Below, in pieces: positions 1 through 15,470 of a stretch of 64,000 bases of DNA (position 1 is its first letter; each line of letters opens with the position of its first letter). Source of the stretch: Escherichia coli (GTDB lineage: Bacteria; Pseudomonadota; Gammaproteobacteria; Enterobacterales; Enterobacteriaceae); assembly GCF_003018255.1 (NCBI RefSeq), contig NZ_CP027440.1; one strand, written 5' to 3'. The notes under the pieces are model-generated. The model worked only from the letters and a program-made list of their open reading frames with translations. It had not been told where the DNA came from and searched no databases. The translations under genes and the position numbers were made by a program.

Positions 1-1353
<1,353 letters not shown>

Positions 1354-1374
1354 ATAGCGCAATATTTCATCGTT

Positions 1375-1413
1375 GGTGCAAAAATGTAACGCACTGTGCA
1401 CTGTCATAGTGCG
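1375..1413 (+). promoter_or_regulatory. Putative NtrC enhancer sites upstream of glnK
   Basis: GGTGCAAAAATGTAACGCAC (1375-1394) and TGCACTGTCATAGTGCG (1397-1413) resemble TGCACC-N5-GGTGCA dyads; located about 55-90 bp upstream of a sigma-54 promoter. Confidence 0.5.
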
Positions 1414-1465
1414 TTTTTGTTTTCAATCTTCTTAACTTCCTGCTCTCCTTCTCGTTTTTCATTTC

Positions 1466-1481
1466 TGGCACACCGCTTGCA
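1466..1481 (+). promoter_or_regulatory. Sigma-54 promoter of glnK-amtB
   Basis: TGGCAC-ACCGC-TTGCA matches the -24/-12 consensus TGGCAC-N5-TTGCW; 52 bp upstream of glnK ATG. Confidence 0.8.
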
Positions 1482-1533
1482 ATACCTTCTTCGTGTAGCA
1501 GAACCATTACCGAATTCTGACCGGAGGGGATCT

Positions 1534-1872
1534 ATGAAGCTGGTGACCGTGATAATCAAACCATTCAAGCTGGAAGACGTTCGTGAAGCGTTATCTTCCA
1601 TTGGTATTCAGGGCCTGACCGTCACCGAAGTGAAAGGTTTCGGGCGTCAGAAAGGGCATGCCGAGCTGTACCGGGGAGCGGAATACAGCGTCAACTTTCT
1701 GCCAAAAGTAAAAATTGATGTGGCGATTGCTGATGACCAACTCGATGAAGTGATCGATATCGTCAGTAAGGCGGCTTACACCGGAAAAATTGGCGACGGC
1801 AAAATCTTTGTCGCTGAATTGCAACGCGTCATTCGTATTCGTACCGGCGAAGCCGACGAAGCGGCGCTGTAA
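1534..1872 (+). CDS. glnK: PII nitrogen regulatory protein GlnK
   Basis: 112 aa starting MKLVTVIIKPFKLEDV at internal ATG 1534 of the 1396-1872 ORF; upstream part of that ORF contains the promoter. Confidence 0.95.
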   Translation: MKLVTVIIKPFKLEDVREALSSIGIQGLTVTEVKGFGRQKGHAELYRGAEYSVNFLPKVKIDVAIADDQLDEVIDIVSKAAYTGKIGDGKIFVAELQRVIRIRTGEADEAAL

Positions 1873-1901
1873 TCTCTGGCACACAGCAACAGGAACGAAA
1901 A

Positions 1902-3188
1902 ATGAAGATAGCGACGATAAAAACTGGGCTTGCTTCACTGGCGATGCTGCCGGGACTGGTAATGGCTGCACCTGCGGTGGCCGATAAAGCCGACAATGCG
2001 TTTATGATGATCTGTACTGCGCTGGTGCTGTTTATGACTATTCCGGGGATTGCCCTGTTTTACGGTGGGTTGATTCGCGGCAAAAACGTGCTGTCGATGC
2101 TGACGCAGGTGACGGTGACGTTTGCACTGGTCTGTATTCTCTGGGTGGTTTACGGTTACTCGCTGGCGTTTGGTGAGGGCAACAACTTCTTCGGCAACAT
2201 TAACTGGCTGATGCTGAAAAACATCGAACTGACGGCGGTGATGGGCAGCATTTATCAGTATATCCACGTAGCGTTTCAGGGATCGTTTGCCTGCATTACC
2301 GTAGGCTTGATAGTTGGGGCGCTGGCGGAACGAATCCGCTTCTCAGCTGTGTTGATTTTCGTGGTGGTATGGCTGACGCTCTCCTACATTCCGATTGCGC
2401 ATATGGTGTGGGGCGGTGGTTTGCTGGCTTCTCACGGTGCGCTGGATTTCGCGGGTGGCACGGTGGTGCACATTAACGCCGCAATCGCCGGTCTGGTGGG
2501 CGCATATCTGATAGGCAAACGCGTGGGCTTCGGTAAAGAGGCGTTTAAACCGCACAACCTGCCGATGGTCTTCACCGGGACTGCCATTCTCTATATCGGT
2601 TGGTTTGGCTTTAACGCCGGGTCAGCGGGCACGGCGAATGAAATCGCGGCACTGGCATTTGTGAATACTGTGGTCGCAACGGCGGCGGCAATTCTTGGCT
2701 GGATCTTCGGTGAATGGGCGCTGCGCGGAAAGCCTTCACTGCTGGGAGCGTGTTCTGGTGCGATTGCCGGTCTGGTCGGCGTGACGCCAGCGTGTGGCTA
2801 CATTGGTGTTGGCGGCGCGTTGATTATCGGCGTGGTAGCTGGTCTGGCGGGCTTGTGGGGCGTTACCATGCTCAAACGCTTGCTGCGGGTGGATGATCCC
2901 TGCGATGTCTTCGGTGTGCACGGCGTTTGTGGCATTGTCGGCTGTATCATGACCGGGATTTTTGCCGCCAGCTCGCTGGGCGGCGTGGGCTTCGCTGACG
3001 GTGTGACGATGGGCCATCAGTTGCTGGTACAGCTGGAAAGCATCGCCATTACGATCGTCTGGTCCGGTGTGGTGGCGTTTATTGGCTACAAACTGGCAGA
3101 TCTGACGGTTGGCCTGCGTGTGCCGGAAGAACAGGAGCGAGAAGGGCTGGATGTCAACAGCCATGGCGAGAATGCATATAACGCGTAA
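1902..3188 (+). CDS. amtB: Ammonium channel AmtB
   Basis: 428-aa polytopic membrane ORF, signal peptide, recognised AmtB sequence; 29 bp after glnK. Confidence 0.96.
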   Translation: MKIATIKTGLASLAMLPGLVMAAPAVADKADNAFMMICTALVLFMTIPGIALFYGGLIRGKNVLSMLTQVTVTFALVCILWVVYGYSLAFGEGNNFFGNINWLMLKNIELTAVMGSIYQYIHVAFQGSFACITVGLIVGALAERIRFSAVLIFVVVWLTLSYIPIAHMVWGGGLLASHGALDFAGGTVVHINAAIAGLVGAYLIGKRVGFGKEAFKPHNLPMVFTGTAILYIGWFGFNAGSAGTANEIAALAFVNTVVATAAAILGWIFGEWALRGKPSLLGACSGAIAGLVGVTPACGYIGVGGALIIGVVAGLAGLWGVTMLKRLLRVDDPCDVFGVHGVCGIVGCIMTGIFAASSLGGVGFADGVTMGHQLLVQLESIAITIVWSGVVAFIGYKLADLTVGLRVPEEQEREGLDVNSHGENAYNA

Positions 3189-3206
3189 CAAGCACTGCAA
3201 AAAAAC

Positions 3207-3239
3207 AGCCGGACGGTTTTCACCTCCGGCTATTTTTTT
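3207..3239. terminator. Bidirectional rho-independent terminator between amtB and tesB
   Basis: AGCCGGA...TCCGGCT stem flanked by an A-run (5') and T-run (3'). Confidence 0.75.
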
Positions 3240-4098
3240 AATTATGATTACGCATTACCCCTTCCTGAACGGTCGAGGCAACCAGCACGCCATCCTGGGT
3301 ATAAAACTCACCGCGCACAAAGCCGCGAGCGCTGGACGCCGAGGTGCTCTCCACGCTATACAGCAGCCATTCATTCAAATTAAACGGGCGATGGAACCAC
3401 ATGGAATGGTCAATGGTGGCAATCTGAATCCCCGGTTCGAGAAAACCGATGCCGTGCGGCTGTAAAGCTACCGGCAGGAAATTAAGATCAGAAGCGTAAC
3501 CGAGCAGATACTGATGAACGCGCAGATCATCCGGCACGTTACCATTTGCGCGGATCCACACCTGACGATGCGGTTCTGCGACGTGCCCTTTCAGTGGGTT
3601 ATGAAACTCCACCGGACGGACTTCAAGCGGACGATCGCAGATGAATTTATCTTTCAGCACTGGCGGCAGCAGGTGCGCCAGCGATTGGGCGATTTGCGTT
3701 TCCGAAGGCAGGCCATCAGGCGCTGGCGCGGACGGCATTGTTTTTTGATGTTCGAAACCCGCTTCTGGTGCCTGGAAAGAGGCAGTCATATAAAAAATCG
3801 GTTTGCCGTTTTGAATAGCAGCAACCCGGCGGGCGCTGAAGCTGTTACCGTCACGCAGCGTTTCGACATCATAAATAATCGGCTTCTTACTATCGCCTGG
3901 GCGAAGAAAGTAGCTGTGAAACGAATGTACCAGCCGCTCTTCAGGGACGGTCTCTTTTGCAGCATACAAGGCCTGACCCACGACCTGGCCGCCAAACACC
4001 TGGCGTAAACCTAAATCTTCACTCTGGCCGCGAAAGAGTCCTTCCTCAATTTTTTCCAGATTTAACAATGTCAGTAAATTTTTTAGCGCCTGACTCAT
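3238..4098 (-). CDS. tesB: Acyl-CoA thioesterase II
   Basis: 286 aa from ATG at 4098 ([20 protein letters not shown]); longer track ORF has a spurious 28-aa extension. Confidence 0.94.
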   Translation of the reverse strand: MSQALKNLLTLLNLEKIEEGLFRGQSEDLGLRQVFGGQVVGQALYAAKETVPEERLVHSFHSYFLRPGDSKKPIIYDVETLRDGNSFSARRVAAIQNGKPIFYMTASFQAPEAGFEHQKTMPSAPAPDGLPSETQIAQSLAHLLPPVLKDKFICDRPLEVRPVEFHNPLKGHVAEPHRQVWIRANGNVPDDLRVHQYLLGYASDLNFLPVALQPHGIGFLEPGIQIATIDHSMWFHRPFNLNEWLLYSVESTSASSARGFVRGEFYTQDGVLVASTVQEGVMRNHN

Positions 4099-4315
4099 AT
4101 AACTCTCCAGTAACAAAGCTGCCGCAGCAAGCCAAAGTGAGTTGAGTATAACGCAAATTTGCCACTGGTCCGATGGGTGCAATGGTCTGAATTACGGGCT
4201 AATTACAGGCAGAAATGCGTGATGTGTGCCACACTTGTTGACGTTACTATTTTGTTAACCACTCTTCCGGCGAGGAAAGTTAGCCCGCTGGTGCATTGAT
4301 AATAAGGAGAAGTGA

Positions 4316-4885
4316 ATGAAACTCGTGCACATGGCCAGTGGTTTAGCGGTTGCGATTGCGTTGGCGGCTTGCGCAGATAAAAGCGCGGATATTCAGACGC
4401 CAGCACCGGCTGCAAATACGTCTATTTCAGCAACACAACCTGCTATCCAGCAACCGAATGTCTCCGGTACCGTCTGGATCCGTCAGAAAGTCGCACTGCC
4501 GCCTGATGCTGTGCTGACCGTGACACTTTCTGACGCGTCGTTAGCCGATGCGCCGTCAAAAGTGCTGGCGCAGAAAGCGGTGCGTACCGAAGGTAAACAG
4601 TCACCATTCAGCTTTGTTCTGCCATTTAACCCGGCAGATGTTCAGCCGAACGCGCGTATTCTATTGAGTGCGGCGATTACCGTGAATGACAAACTGGTAT
4701 TTATTACCGATACCGTTCAGCCGGTGATCAATCAGGGCGGAACTAAAGCCGACCTGACATTGGTGCCGGTGCAGCAAACCGCCGTGCCGGTTCAGGCCAG
4801 CGGTGGCGCAACGGCTACCGTACCTTCGACTTCACCAACTCAGGTGAATCCGTCTTCGGCAGTTCCAGCTCCTACGCAATATTAA
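4316..4885 (+). CDS. ybaY: Lipoprotein YbaY
   Basis: 189-aa ORF with lipobox LAAC after signal peptide; recognised ybaY. Confidence 0.9.
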   Translation: MKLVHMASGLAVAIALAACADKSADIQTPAPAANTSISATQPAIQQPNVSGTVWIRQKVALPPDAVLTVTLSDASLADAPSKVLAQKAVRTEGKQSPFSFVLPFNPADVQPNARILLSAAITVNDKLVFITDTVQPVINQGGTKADLTLVPVQQTAVPVQASGGATATVPSTSPTQVNPSSAVPAPTQY

Positions 4886-4892
4886 GCGCAGT

Positions 4893-4918
4893 TAACCCTC
4901 TCCGCCCGGAGAGGGTTA
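4893..4918. terminator. Hairpin between convergent ybaY and atl
   Basis: Perfect 12-bp stem TAACCCTCTCCG/CGGAGAGGGTTA with 2-nt loop; overlaps atl stop codon. Confidence 0.6.
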
Positions 4919-5305
4919 GTAGTTCCAGCGATAACGCTGCAAGTCGATTTGCCCGCTTCCCGATACCATCACACCTTCTGCCAGTAATGCCTGTCGTTGA
5001 CGCTGTAAATCCGGTCCGGTTAGCGAAATTGTGCCGTGGCGATTAACCACCCGGTGCCAGGGCAAGGTGCTGCCTTCGGGGAGACGCTTTAACACACCGC
5101 CTACCTGGCGCGCGGCGCGCGGCGATCCCGCCAGTTTCGCCACATCACCGTAAGTGGTGACATAGCCTTCGGGAATAGCGGCGACGATTTGCCAGACGCG
5201 TTGGGGAAATGAATCTTCTTTTTCCATCTTTTCTTCCTGAGGTAATTTTTCAGCATAATCTGGAAAAACGCCCGAGTGAAGCCGCATTGCGCAAGAAACC
5301 AGCAT
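4916..5305 (-). CDS. atl: Alkyltransferase-like DNA-binding protein (MGMT-family, no active Cys)
   Basis: 129 aa from ATG 5305 (MLVSCAMRLHSG...); PWHRVV motif of the MGMT fold; recognised ybaZ/atl. Confidence 0.88.
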   Translation of the reverse strand: MLVSCAMRLHSGVFPDYAEKLPQEEKMEKEDSFPQRVWQIVAAIPEGYVTTYGDVAKLAGSPRAARQVGGVLKRLPEGSTLPWHRVVNRHGTISLTGPDLQRQRQALLAEGVMVSGSGQIDLQRYRWNY

Positions 5306-5381
5306 CTGGCACGCAATGGGTTGCAATTAGCCGGGGCAGCAGTGATAATGCGCCTGCGCGTTGGTTCTCAACGCTCTCAAT

Positions 5382-5495
5382 GGGGGCTCTGTTGGTTCTC
5401 CCGCAACGCTACTCTGTTTACCAGGTCAGGTCCGGAAGGAAGCAGCCAAGGCAGATGACGCGTGTGCCGGGATGTAGCTGGCAGGGCCCCCACCC
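5382..5495 (+). ncRNA. ffs: 4.5S RNA (SRP RNA)
   Basis: 114 nt GGGGGCTCTGTTGGTTCTCCCGCAACGC...GGCAGGGCCCCCACCC matches the E. coli 4.5S RNA sequence as I remember it, including GGAA tetraloop region CAGGTCCGGAAGGAAGCAGCC. Confidence 0.95.
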
Positions 5496-5605
5496 ATTTC
5501 TGCCTCCCCCCGTTTCGTCAAAAAATCCCAACATGGCTAAACTTTAACCACAACTGACGTCGCAAGAATTGTCTGGCTGCGCAGTACGCTTCGGAGGTAT
5601 GTCTG

Positions 5606-5959
5606 ATGAAGTATGTTGATGGTTTTGTTGTTGCCGTTCCTGCCGATAAAAAGGATGCCTATCGGGAAATGGCCGCTAAGGCCGCGCCATTATTTAAAGA
5701 GTTCGGTGCGCTTCGTATTGTCGAATGCTGGGCCAGCGATGTACCGGATGGTAAAGTGACCGATTTTCGTATGGCGGTGAAAGCGGAAGAGAATGAAGAG
5801 GTTGTCTTTAGCTGGATTGAATACCCTTCAAAAGAGGTCCGCGACGCTGCTAATCAAAAGATGATGTCGGACCCACGGATGAAAGAGTTCGGCGAGTCCA
5901 TGCCGTTTGACGGCAAGCGAATGATCTATGGTGGATTCGAATCAATCATCGACGAGTAG
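5606..5959 (+). CDS. ybaA: DUF1428-family protein YbaA
   Basis: 117-aa ORF with GGAGG SD 8 bp upstream; recognised ybaA. Confidence 0.9.
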   Translation: MKYVDGFVVAVPADKKDAYREMAAKAAPLFKEFGALRIVECWASDVPDGKVTDFRMAVKAEENEEVVFSWIEYPSKEVRDAANQKMMSDPRMKEFGESMPFDGKRMIYGGFESIIDE

Positions 5960-6000
5960 GTAGCGTGACGGGCTGTGCGGCGTGCCGTCAGCCCTAAAAT

Positions 6001-7557
6001 TCACAAATGTTGCTCGGCCCAGCGTAAGAAATCCTCTTTCGGTAATGCCTTGCTGTAGAGCCAGCCCTGACCGTAGTGCACGCCATGCTGGCGTAACCAC
6101 TCTTCTTGTTTACTGGTTTCGATTCCCTCCGCTACCATTTTCAGTTTCAGTGTTTTTGCCATTTCGATGATATGCGGCGTGACATTTTTATATTCCAGCG
6201 CATCAACGAAAGATTTATCGATCTTCAGAATGTCGACATCCAGATCCTGTAAATAACTTAAACTTGAATACCCCGTACCAAAATCATCGAGATAAATTTC
6301 ATGGCCCGCCTCCCGGTAGCGAGAAATTATCGGGGCGCTGGTTTTCGGATCGGCAAACTCGCGTTCAGTGAGTTCAAGCGCGATCTGTCTGGGATTAACC
6401 TGATAGTGATTGATCATTTCACGCAGCAATTGCGGGATTTTTTCCGAGGTGAGCACGGTGGATTCAAGATTGATCGAAATATGCTGCTGCGGATGCTGAC
6501 GCAGCCAGTCGCCCATATCTTCGAAGACGCTTCTTATGATCAGTAGCGTCAACGGCTCAGAAAGGCCCGTTTGCTGTGCCAGCGGAATAAAACTATCTGG
6601 TGACAACCAACTACCGTCTGTCTGCGGCCAGCGCGCCAGTGCCTCAGCACCGACAATTTTGCCATTGGCTAAGGAGACAATCGGCTGATAGTGCACGCAA
6701 ATATCACGATTTTCGATAGCATCCTGCAGCCGATGATGCGGTGACTGGATACGGCGCAAAATACGCAGCACAAACATCGCTGCCAGCAGGCCAATCACCA
6801 ACCCGAGCGGTAACCAAATAAAGACTTGCCGATGCCAGCCTTTCTGCAACATTTTCGTTGAAGACCAGGTGATGATCGAAATATTCATTTCCGGGAAGGG
6901 CAGGATATCGTAAATGATTCCATTATTTTCGATATGCTCACCGGGTGTTTTTTGTAGTCTGGTAATAATTCCCTGAGCAATTTCATCGCTGCTGGTTATC
7001 ACAACGTTATGGGCATTGCCAATAATGGCGGCATCAATTTGCCATGAGCTATAGGGAATGACATCAATAAAGGAAGCGGGGTCGATCATGACGACATAAT
7101 GTGCCGTTCCCATGGCAACCATGTAACGGATAATGCCTAAATCGTTATGCGATGTTAACCAGACACGATAACCATCTTTCGAAATTTTACCTGGCTCGGG
7201 GAAGGTATCGGGCGGGCTTTCATGCTCCAGAGACGAACACTGGGGAACGTTGTTATCGATATAAACCACTTCCTGAATATAGCGATAACTGTAAGATACC
7301 CGACGCATTTCCATGAGATGGGCTTCGCTACAGGCAGCGCCTTGCCATCTTTCCAGCTCTTGCAGCGCATCTTTCCCTTGTGTCGCCACCTTATTGGCCC
7401 GAATAGCGACGCGGGAGGAATACGTATTCAGCTCTTCAATAAATGATGTTTCTACCTGCTGATGGGCCAGCCAGATGCTTAAGCCGACAGGCAGCAATAC
7501 TGAAAGAATCAGTACTCCCGAAATAAGGCCGACCAGATGTCGTGTTCTCACCAGCAT
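6001..7557 (-). CDS. pdeB: c-di-GMP phosphodiesterase (CSS-motif sensor + EAL domain)
   Basis: N-terminal TM, periplasmic region, second TM, EAL domain (EALARW, DDFGTGYSSL); K-12 start may be the GTG at 7551. Confidence 0.9.
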   Translation of the reverse strand: MLVRTRHLVGLISGVLILSVLLPVGLSIWLAHQQVETSFIEELNTYSSRVAIRANKVATQGKDALQELERWQGAACSEAHLMEMRRVSYSYRYIQEVVYIDNNVPQCSSLEHESPPDTFPEPGKISKDGYRVWLTSHNDLGIIRYMVAMGTAHYVVMIDPASFIDVIPYSSWQIDAAIIGNAHNVVITSSDEIAQGIITRLQKTPGEHIENNGIIYDILPFPEMNISIITWSSTKMLQKGWHRQVFIWLPLGLVIGLLAAMFVLRILRRIQSPHHRLQDAIENRDICVHYQPIVSLANGKIVGAEALARWPQTDGSWLSPDSFIPLAQQTGLSEPLTLLIIRSVFEDMGDWLRQHPQQHISINLESTVLTSEKIPQLLREMINHYQVNPRQIALELTEREFADPKTSAPIISRYREAGHEIYLDDFGTGYSSLSYLQDLDVDILKIDKSFVDALEYKNVTPHIIEMAKTLKLKMVAEGIETSKQEEWLRQHGVHYGQGWLYSKALPKEDFLRWAEQHL

Positions 7558-7714
7558 ATCCTTATTAACACAGTGTAGGGAAAGTATATCTGATTGTGGA
7601 AAAAGGCTGGCAGGAGATAAGGAGGTAGAGCCGGGATTTCATGAAGGGATGGGTGGAAACGAACGTTGTCATTTGACCAGGCGCAGAGCTTTACGCCTGG
7701 TATGTAACCCTAAC

Positions 7715-8185
7715 TTAAGATGTTGATTCGGCGCGAGCGAGGGTAAAAATATCGTAAAAAGATAGTTCACCTTTACGGACGATCATTTTTTGCAGTTGTT
7801 CTTTATGAACATCCGCGACACGCGGAGAGTTCAGGATGGCTTCAACTAGCGCGGCAGGTACAAAGCGCGTGTTGTACCATTCGCCGTTATAGCAAACGCG
7901 GAAATCCAGCACGTCGATATCTTCATAGCGGTAGCGTGGGTAGACATCGAAAAAGAAGAAACCATTAAGCAGGATAAATAATACAACCAGTAGCCAGACA
8001 GAGCCTGAAAGCGTTTCGGACTGCAACATCACTGCCAGGGTGGCAAAAAAAGCAACGTACATACCGATAAACAACCCCGGATGTTTACGGATAAAACTGA
8101 TACTAAAGCGGGGTTTGTTGTCGCGTTTTTCGCGGGTATTTAGAGACTCAATTGTTTCGGTCAGCAGGCGTTGTATTTCGGTCAT
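7715..8185 (-). CDS. ylaC: Inner membrane protein YlaC
   Basis: 156 aa from ATG 8185 ([15 protein letters not shown]), two hydrophobic helices. Confidence 0.88.
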
Positions 8186-8300
8186 CGTTTGCCTTCGTGG
8201 TATCTGCAACTTTCCAGGGAACACCCTATTTTAACGTGGGAATAGTAGAGGGAAAGTAACAGATTTACCACAATTTTGCATAACAGTTGCGAAAAACCGA

Positions 8301-8852
8301 TTACAATTTTTTAATTATTCTGGCTGGATTACCGCCCACGACAACGTTGTCCGGGACATCTTTTGTGACAACTGCACCTGAGGCTACCACGACGTTATCA
8401 CCAATGGTCACACCAGGGTTAATGACCGCACGTCCGCCAATCCAGACGTTATTACCGATGGTGACGGGTTTCCCCAGTTCAGCACCGCTATTACGTGCTA
8501 CAGGGTCGATGGGATGTGTTGCCGTGTAGATATGAACGCCTGGTGCCAACATACAGTTATCACCAATGCGAATAGGGCAGACATCAAGCATCACGCAATC
8601 GAAGTTGGCGAAAAAATTATTGCCGAGAAAAATGTTATAACCATAGTCACAGCGAAACGTTGGCTCAATATAAGCCTCTGTCACCTGACCGAATAAATCA
8701 GCAAGAATTTGCTGGCGTAATGTGTGCTCTTCCGCCAGGGAATGATTGTATCGGTGAATAAGCCGACGAGCGCGCAGGCGATCGCGAGATAACGCCTCAT
8801 CTGCCGAGTGATACAACTCACCAGCAATCATCTTTTCTTTTTCTGTGCTCAT
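8301..8852 (-). CDS. maa: Maltose O-acetyltransferase (hexapeptide-repeat family)
   Basis: 183-aa ORF with left-handed beta-helix hexapeptide repeats ([26 protein letters not shown]). Confidence 0.93.
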   Translation of the reverse strand: MSTEKEKMIAGELYHSADEALSRDRLRARRLIHRYNHSLAEEHTLRQQILADLFGQVTEAYIEPTFRCDYGYNIFLGNNFFANFDCVMLDVCPIRIGDNCMLAPGVHIYTATHPIDPVARNSGAELGKPVTIGNNVWIGGRAVINPGVTIGDNVVVASGAVVTKDVPDNVVVGGNPARIIKKL

Positions 8853-9024
8853 TACTGACCTCCGGTTGCTGAAAATGCGGCAACACAGTAAGACGAAAAG
8901 TCAGTGAAGAGAACGTTCCCATTACATCTGTGTGATGAAGATCACATAGGGTATGCCTTCATGGCGAAAGAATTATAAAACTCTTAATAAACAGCCGGTT
9001 ATAGCTCCGAAAGCGAGTTATTTA

Positions 9025-9243
9025 TTAGCGAATAAATTTCCATACTGAGGAAGGGATCTTGTCGTACAGTTTATTCATGGTCAATTCGGCGAGGCGGTGA
9101 TCTGCGGCTGAGTAAAATACCGCCAGTTCATTATCTGATAATTCGTATTTATTTTTCTCGATAACACGCTCCAGCGTGTCAATTGTCTGGCAACGACGTA
9201 AACGCATTAAATAATCGGTTTTTGTTAAAGGTTTTTCGGACAT
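9025..9243 (-). CDS. hha: Haemolysin expression modulator Hha
   Basis: 72 aa from ATG 9243 ([27 protein letters not shown]...); rest of the 154-aa track ORF is a spurious extension overlapping tomB. Confidence 0.95.
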
Positions 9244-9268
9244 ACTTCTACCCATGGTTGTAATAATT

Positions 9269-9643
9269 CTAACAAGATAAACTCGCAGGATTCTCTTTCG
9301 TCGCATTGACAAAACAACGGAATAGTCGATTACCTGACTTCCGCCATTTCTGAAGATCCTGCATATTAATACCATAACTACTGAACAACATAAAGGTGTC
9401 ATCCAGATATTCGTCGATCTGCTCAATGAGCTTATTGTCTTCATTATACTTAATTTTGTAATTAAGTGCGAAGGTCGCAATATGCTCAATCAGTTCATTC
9501 AACTGGAGGTTGATCGCCGAGGTTGGGTCGTTAACCCAGCCATGATTGCTTTCTTCAAGGTTTGCAAGACAGTCATGATACAGGGTTTCACAGAGAAACT
9601 TAAGCTGCGCGATATCATGTCTTTTGGGTGAGTATTCATCCAT
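9269..9643 (-). CDS. tomB: Hha toxicity modulator TomB
   Basis: 124-aa ORF immediately upstream of hha, recognised ybaJ/tomB. Confidence 0.92.
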
Positions 9644-10145
9644 AACGCGTCCCCTTCTTAGCGGTTGAACTAACGGACACCTTTCGGGATGGAAAAAACT
9701 TACTGACCTGGACTTGCCCTCTCGTTTGTTAGCTTAACTATAAGCCACTCTTTGCAGGTTTTCATCGCATTATTACGAAAAATTACAATTAGGAAGGAAG
9801 CGGGACAGGACTCACTTTTTCATACTAGCACTAACCCGCAGCAGGTAAAAGCAGTTTGCTCGAACTGTTCATAACATTTCAGGATTATCGCCAGATGAAA
9901 TTGGTAACACTAATACCAGGATTGCTCTGAATATGACGTAATAACCGAGGAATGAATAAAGAATTACCGTAAATAATTAAGAATAGCCTCTAAATGATTA
10001 TGGATTATTAAATCTATTAGCGCTACTTAATATAAATTAACTAACAATCAGTATTTTTTATGAATTTTATACGTGTTTAATACTGGTTTTCGTATGAGAT
10101 CCTGAGTTGGTGGTTCAATGACTCCTTAATGTTCGTCGGTTATGC

Positions 10146-10171
10146 ATAAAAAAGGCCGCTTGCGCGGCCTT
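10146..10171 (-). terminator. acrB rho-independent terminator
   Basis: AAGGCCGC-TTGC-GCGGCCTT stem-loop followed on the minus strand by a T-run (A-run 10147-10153 on plus). Confidence 0.75.
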
Positions 10172-10188
10172 AGTGATTACACGTTGTA

Positions 10189-13341
<3,153 letters not shown>

Positions 13342-13360
13342 TTAACGGCTCCTGTTTAAG

Positions 13361-14554
13361 TTAAGACTTGGACTGTTCAGGCTGAGCACCGCTTGCGGCT
13401 TGCTGGTTATTATCAGCGGTAACTTCTTGTGCTTTTACCTGGACACCAGGACGCACTTTCTGCAGCCCACTTATTACTACGCGATCGCCTGCTTTCAGAC
13501 CTTCTGTCACCAGCCACTTATCGCCGATAGCCTGGCTTGCAACGATCGGACGGGTTTCCACTTTGTCATCCGCGCCAACCACCAGTACGGTGGCATCGCC
13601 ACGCGGCGTACGGGTTACGCCCTGTTGCGGGACTAAAATAGCGTTTGGATTAAGCCCTTCTTCCAGACGTGCACGTACGAACATACCCGGCAGCAGAGTG
13701 TGATCCGGGTTCGGGAAGATAGCGCGTAGGGTGATAGACCCGGTGGTCTGATCAACGGTAACGTCAGAGAATTCCAGCGTACCGTCCTGCGGGAACTTAA
13801 TGCCGTCACTGGTGATCAGCGACACTTTGGCTTTGCCGTTCTCTTGTTTCAGCGTGCCATTTGCCAGTTCCTGTTTCAGGCGCAGGAAGTCGTTGCTGGA
13901 CTGGGTCACATCAACGTAGATCGGATCAAGTTGCTGCACGGTTGCCAGCGCAGTCGCCTGACCGTTCTGTACCAATGCGCCTTCTGTCACGTTCGACTTA
14001 CCAATGCGACCGCTAATCGGAGAGGTAACTTTGGTGTAAGCCAGATTGATTCGCGCAGTTTCAACGGCAGCTTTCGCCGCAGTTACCGCAGCATTCGCCT
14101 GTTGCGCATCAGCCAGAGCCTGATCGTACTCTTGTTTACTGATGTACTGAGTACCGAGCAGTTTCTGATAACGATTCACCGTCAATTGCGCGATATTTGC
14201 TGCAGCCTGGGCTTTCGCCAGATCACCTTTCGCACTGTCGTATGCCGCCTGATAGGTCGCAGGATCAATCTGATAGAGAGAGACACCTGCTTCGATGTCG
14301 CTACCTTCTTTGAAATTACGCTTCAGGATAATCCCGCTAACTTGAGGACGAACTTCTGCGATCCGGTAGGCACTGGTGCGACCCGGAAGCTCGGTTGTGA
14401 TCTGCAGAGGTTCAGTTTTGACTGTTACTACGCCAACGGCGGGCATCTGCTGGCCACCTTGTTGGGCCTGTTTGTCGTCACATCCTGTTAGGGCTAAGCT
14501 GCCTGAGAGCATCAGAACGACCGCCAGAGGCGTAAACCCTCTGTTTTTGTTCAT
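13361..14554 (-). CDS. acrA: Periplasmic adaptor lipoprotein AcrA
   Basis: 397 aa from ATG 14554 (MNKNRGFTPLAVVLMLSGSLALTGC lipobox); 22 bp upstream of acrB. Confidence 0.97.
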   Translation of the reverse strand: MNKNRGFTPLAVVLMLSGSLALTGCDDKQAQQGGQQMPAVGVVTVKTEPLQITTELPGRTSAYRIAEVRPQVSGIILKRNFKEGSDIEAGVSLYQIDPATYQAAYDSAKGDLAKAQAAANIAQLTVNRYQKLLGTQYISKQEYDQALADAQQANAAVTAAKAAVETARINLAYTKVTSPISGRIGKSNVTEGALVQNGQATALATVQQLDPIYVDVTQSSNDFLRLKQELANGTLKQENGKAKVSLITSDGIKFPQDGTLEFSDVTVDQTTGSITLRAIFPNPDHTLLPGMFVRARLEEGLNPNAILVPQQGVTRTPRGDATVLVVGADDKVETRPIVASQAIGDKWLVTEGLKAGDRVVISGLQKVRPGVQVKAQEVTADNNQQAASGAQPEQSKS

Positions 14555-14643
14555 ATGTAAACCTCGAGTGTCCGATTTCAAATTGGTCAATGGTCAAAAG
14601 TTAATAAACCCATTGCTGCGTTTATATTATCGTCGTGCTATGG

Positions 14644-14667
14644 TACATACATTCACAAATGTATGTA
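14644..14667. promoter_or_regulatory. AcrR operator (24-bp inverted repeat) in acrR-acrA divergent region
   Basis: TACATACATTCACAAATGTATGTA, near-perfect palindrome; matches the published AcrR binding site as I recall it. Confidence 0.85.
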
Positions 14668-14695
14668 AATCTAACGCCTGTAAATTCACGAACAT

Positions 14696-15343
14696 ATGGC
14701 ACGAAAAACCAAACAAGAAGCGCAAGAAACGCGCCAACACATCCTCGATGTGGCTCTACGTCTTTTCTCACAGCAGGGGGTATCATCCACCTCGCTGGGC
14801 GAGATTGCAAAAGCAGCTGGCGTTACGCGCGGTGCAATCTACTGGCATTTTAAAGACAAGTCGGATTTGTTCAGTGAGATCTGGGAACTGTCAGAATCCA
14901 ATATTGGTGAACTCGAGCTTGAGTATCAGGCAAAATTCCCTGGCGATCCACTCTCAGTATTAAGAGAGATATTAATTCATGTTCTTGAATCCACGGTGAC
15001 AGAAGAACGGCGTCGATTATTGATGGAGATTATATTCCACAAATGCGAATTTGTCGGAGAAATGGCTGTTGTGCAACAGGCACAACGTAATCTCTGTCTG
15101 GAAAGTTATGACCGTATAGAACAAACGTTAAAACATTGTATTGAAGCGAAAATGTTGCCTGCGGATTTAATGACGCGTCGGGCAGCAATTATTATGCGCG
15201 GCTATATTTCCGGCCTGATGGAAAACTGGCTCTTTGCCCCGCAATCTTTTGATCTTAAAAAAGAAGCCCGCGATTACGTCGCCATCTTACTGGAGATGTA
15301 TCTCCTGTGTCCCACGCTTCGTAACCCTTCCATTACCGAATAA
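14696..15343 (+). CDS. acrR: TetR-family repressor AcrR
   Basis: 215-aa ORF, N-terminal TetR HTH ([21 protein letters not shown]), divergent from acrAB. Confidence 0.96.
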   Translation: MARKTKQEAQETRQHILDVALRLFSQQGVSSTSLGEIAKAAGVTRGAIYWHFKDKSDLFSEIWELSESNIGELELEYQAKFPGDPLSVLREILIHVLESTVTEERRRLLMEIIFHKCEFVGEMAVVQQAQRNLCLESYDRIEQTLKHCIEAKMLPADLMTRRAAIIMRGYISGLMENWLFAPQSFDLKKEARDYVAILLEMYLLCPTLRNPSITE

Positions 15344-15470
15344 CCCTGAATCTGACTCCAGGATTTTTCCTGGACATTTTCGTCGTTGCTATTCTGGTTC
15401 ACTGCGTCGTGATATTCTTGCGGTTTGACTTTTTCAGGTCGTTCTTCAGGTTCAGAAACCTTCATTCATC

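Noticed and set aside
1396-1533. N-terminal 46-aa extension of the glnK ORF
   Set aside because: The extension spans the NtrC sites and the sigma-54 promoter. GlnK starts at the internal ATG 1534, which gives the canonical 112-aa PII protein.
9644-10145. 0.5-kb very AT-rich non-coding stretch between tomB and acrB, considered as a possible hidden island, sRNA or array
   Set aside because: It has no ORF of 60 aa or more, no repeat periodicity and no convincing hairpin-terminated transcript. Its length and position match the long curved promoter region of the tomB-hha operon expected from K-12.
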